64,000 nt of DNA from Camelus dromedarius. Its lineage: Eukaryota. Below the pieces are notes generated by a model, which ran no database searches, was not told the DNA's origin, and saw only the letters and a program-made list of their open reading frames with translations. Shown one piece after another: positions 63,183-64,000 of this stretch. The translations under genes were made by a program, and so were the position numbers. The stretch spans positions 47,184,001 through 47,248,000 of the forward strand of contig NC_087437.1 in the NCBI RefSeq assembly GCF_036321535.1. The letters are read 5' to 3'. Position 1 is the first letter of the stretch, and each line of letters opens with the position of its first letter.

Positions 63183-63605
63183 TGTGAGTGTGTGTGTCTA
63201 TACACACAAGAGCTTGCGATTATGTTACAGCAAGTGTTACAGCAACCTGAATCCAGTCGAGAGACAAAGCGACACTTGGAGAGTTGGAGAACTCAGGTTT
63301 ATTACACCGGCGGGCCCAGAGGAGTTAACGCTCCAAGCTCTGGACCCCGTCCGTAGGTTTATACGAGTTTTTATAGGGTCTTAGGTTTGGATTAAGTTCG
63401 TGCCATATGCAGATAAAGTGTTAGAAATGGACTAACCAGGAGTGAGCTTTTGGGAACCAACAGGATTTTAGGGGTAGTTTCATTTTCCTAGAAGCAAACC
63501 ATTTTACAGAAGCACAAAAGCGAGATAATGCTGCTGGGCCAGGGAACCAGATGGCACCAGTGGGAAAGTAGTGGCCCTGCCTGAGGGGTCCTGCTGGTCT
63601 TTTCA
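63183..63605 (-). mobile_element. Young ERV solo LTR (probably camelid-lineage ERV1)
   Basis: Minus strand starts TGAAAAGACC; TATAAAAA at 63375-63368; AATAAA at 63303-63298; many intact CpGs; flanks agggg/tgggg as possible TSD; left boundary could instead be 63223. Confidence 0.8.
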
Positions 63606-63859
63606 TGGGGCTTCCCACCTCAATTCAGGCAAAAAAGAAAAGCCATTTTGCATATGAAAGCTATTCAAAACATTCAAATTCTTCCTGCTACTAAATGGGG
63701 TAGGGAGAAAAGTTTGGAAGTTTTCAGCCTTCTCTGAGGATCTTATTTATTTTATTTTACTATTTAGACCTCCTTCTAGTATCGATATAATTCAGCCTCC
63801 TATGTCTCTGGTGAGGCCCTGGCCTTCAGCTGCTTCCTCTGTTACATCTATTATGTACT

Positions 63860-64000
63860 AATTTATTTATTCAACCCATATTTGATATTTGTTGAGTGCC
63901 TACTATGCTTAAGGAGCTGGGGACCCAGTGACGAACTGAAAGGGCTTGAGTCCTGCCCTCATGGAGATTGCTGTCAAGGGGACATTAATTGAGCACTTAC
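63860..64000 (-). mobile_element. L2 3' end
   Basis: 'atttatttattcaac...tatttgttgagtgcctactatg...ctggggacccagtg...gtcctgccctcatggag'. Confidence 0.85.

Noticed and set aside
1..64000. CRISPR arrays, rRNA, operons, NUMT, CpG island
   Set aside because: No repeat-spacer arrays, rRNA-like, mitochondrial-like or extended CpG-rich sequence seen; the window is mammalian repeat-rich non-coding DNA

Overview
Non-coding mammalian genomic DNA (AT-rich, CpG-depleted, intergenic or deep-intronic), dense in ancient eutherian repeats: about 30 MIR pieces, several L2, L1M/L1MC/L1ME fragments, hAT-Charlie MER elements and MaLR/ERVL/ERV1 solo LTRs. One tRNA-derived SINE of the camelid Vic-1 type, with no Alu, Bov-tA or PRE-1 seen, points to a camelid genome (inference). 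I cannot support any protein-coding gene; the only ORF with recognisable homology is a LINE-1 ORF2 C-terminal fragment. I found no well-supported new biological system. The best observations are: an internally deleted L1 that fuses a monomer-array 5'UTR directly to the end of ORF2; a site with three copies of one target sequence enclosing two L1 3' ends plus a MER58B fragment; a probable twin-priming L1 inversion; a young CpG-rich solo LTR; a compact MEF2/E-box/TEAD (possibly TATA) module; and a few candidate non-coding exons. Repeat subfamily names come from recalled consensus sequences read by eye. Boundaries are approximate (tens of bases) unless a TSD is quoted.
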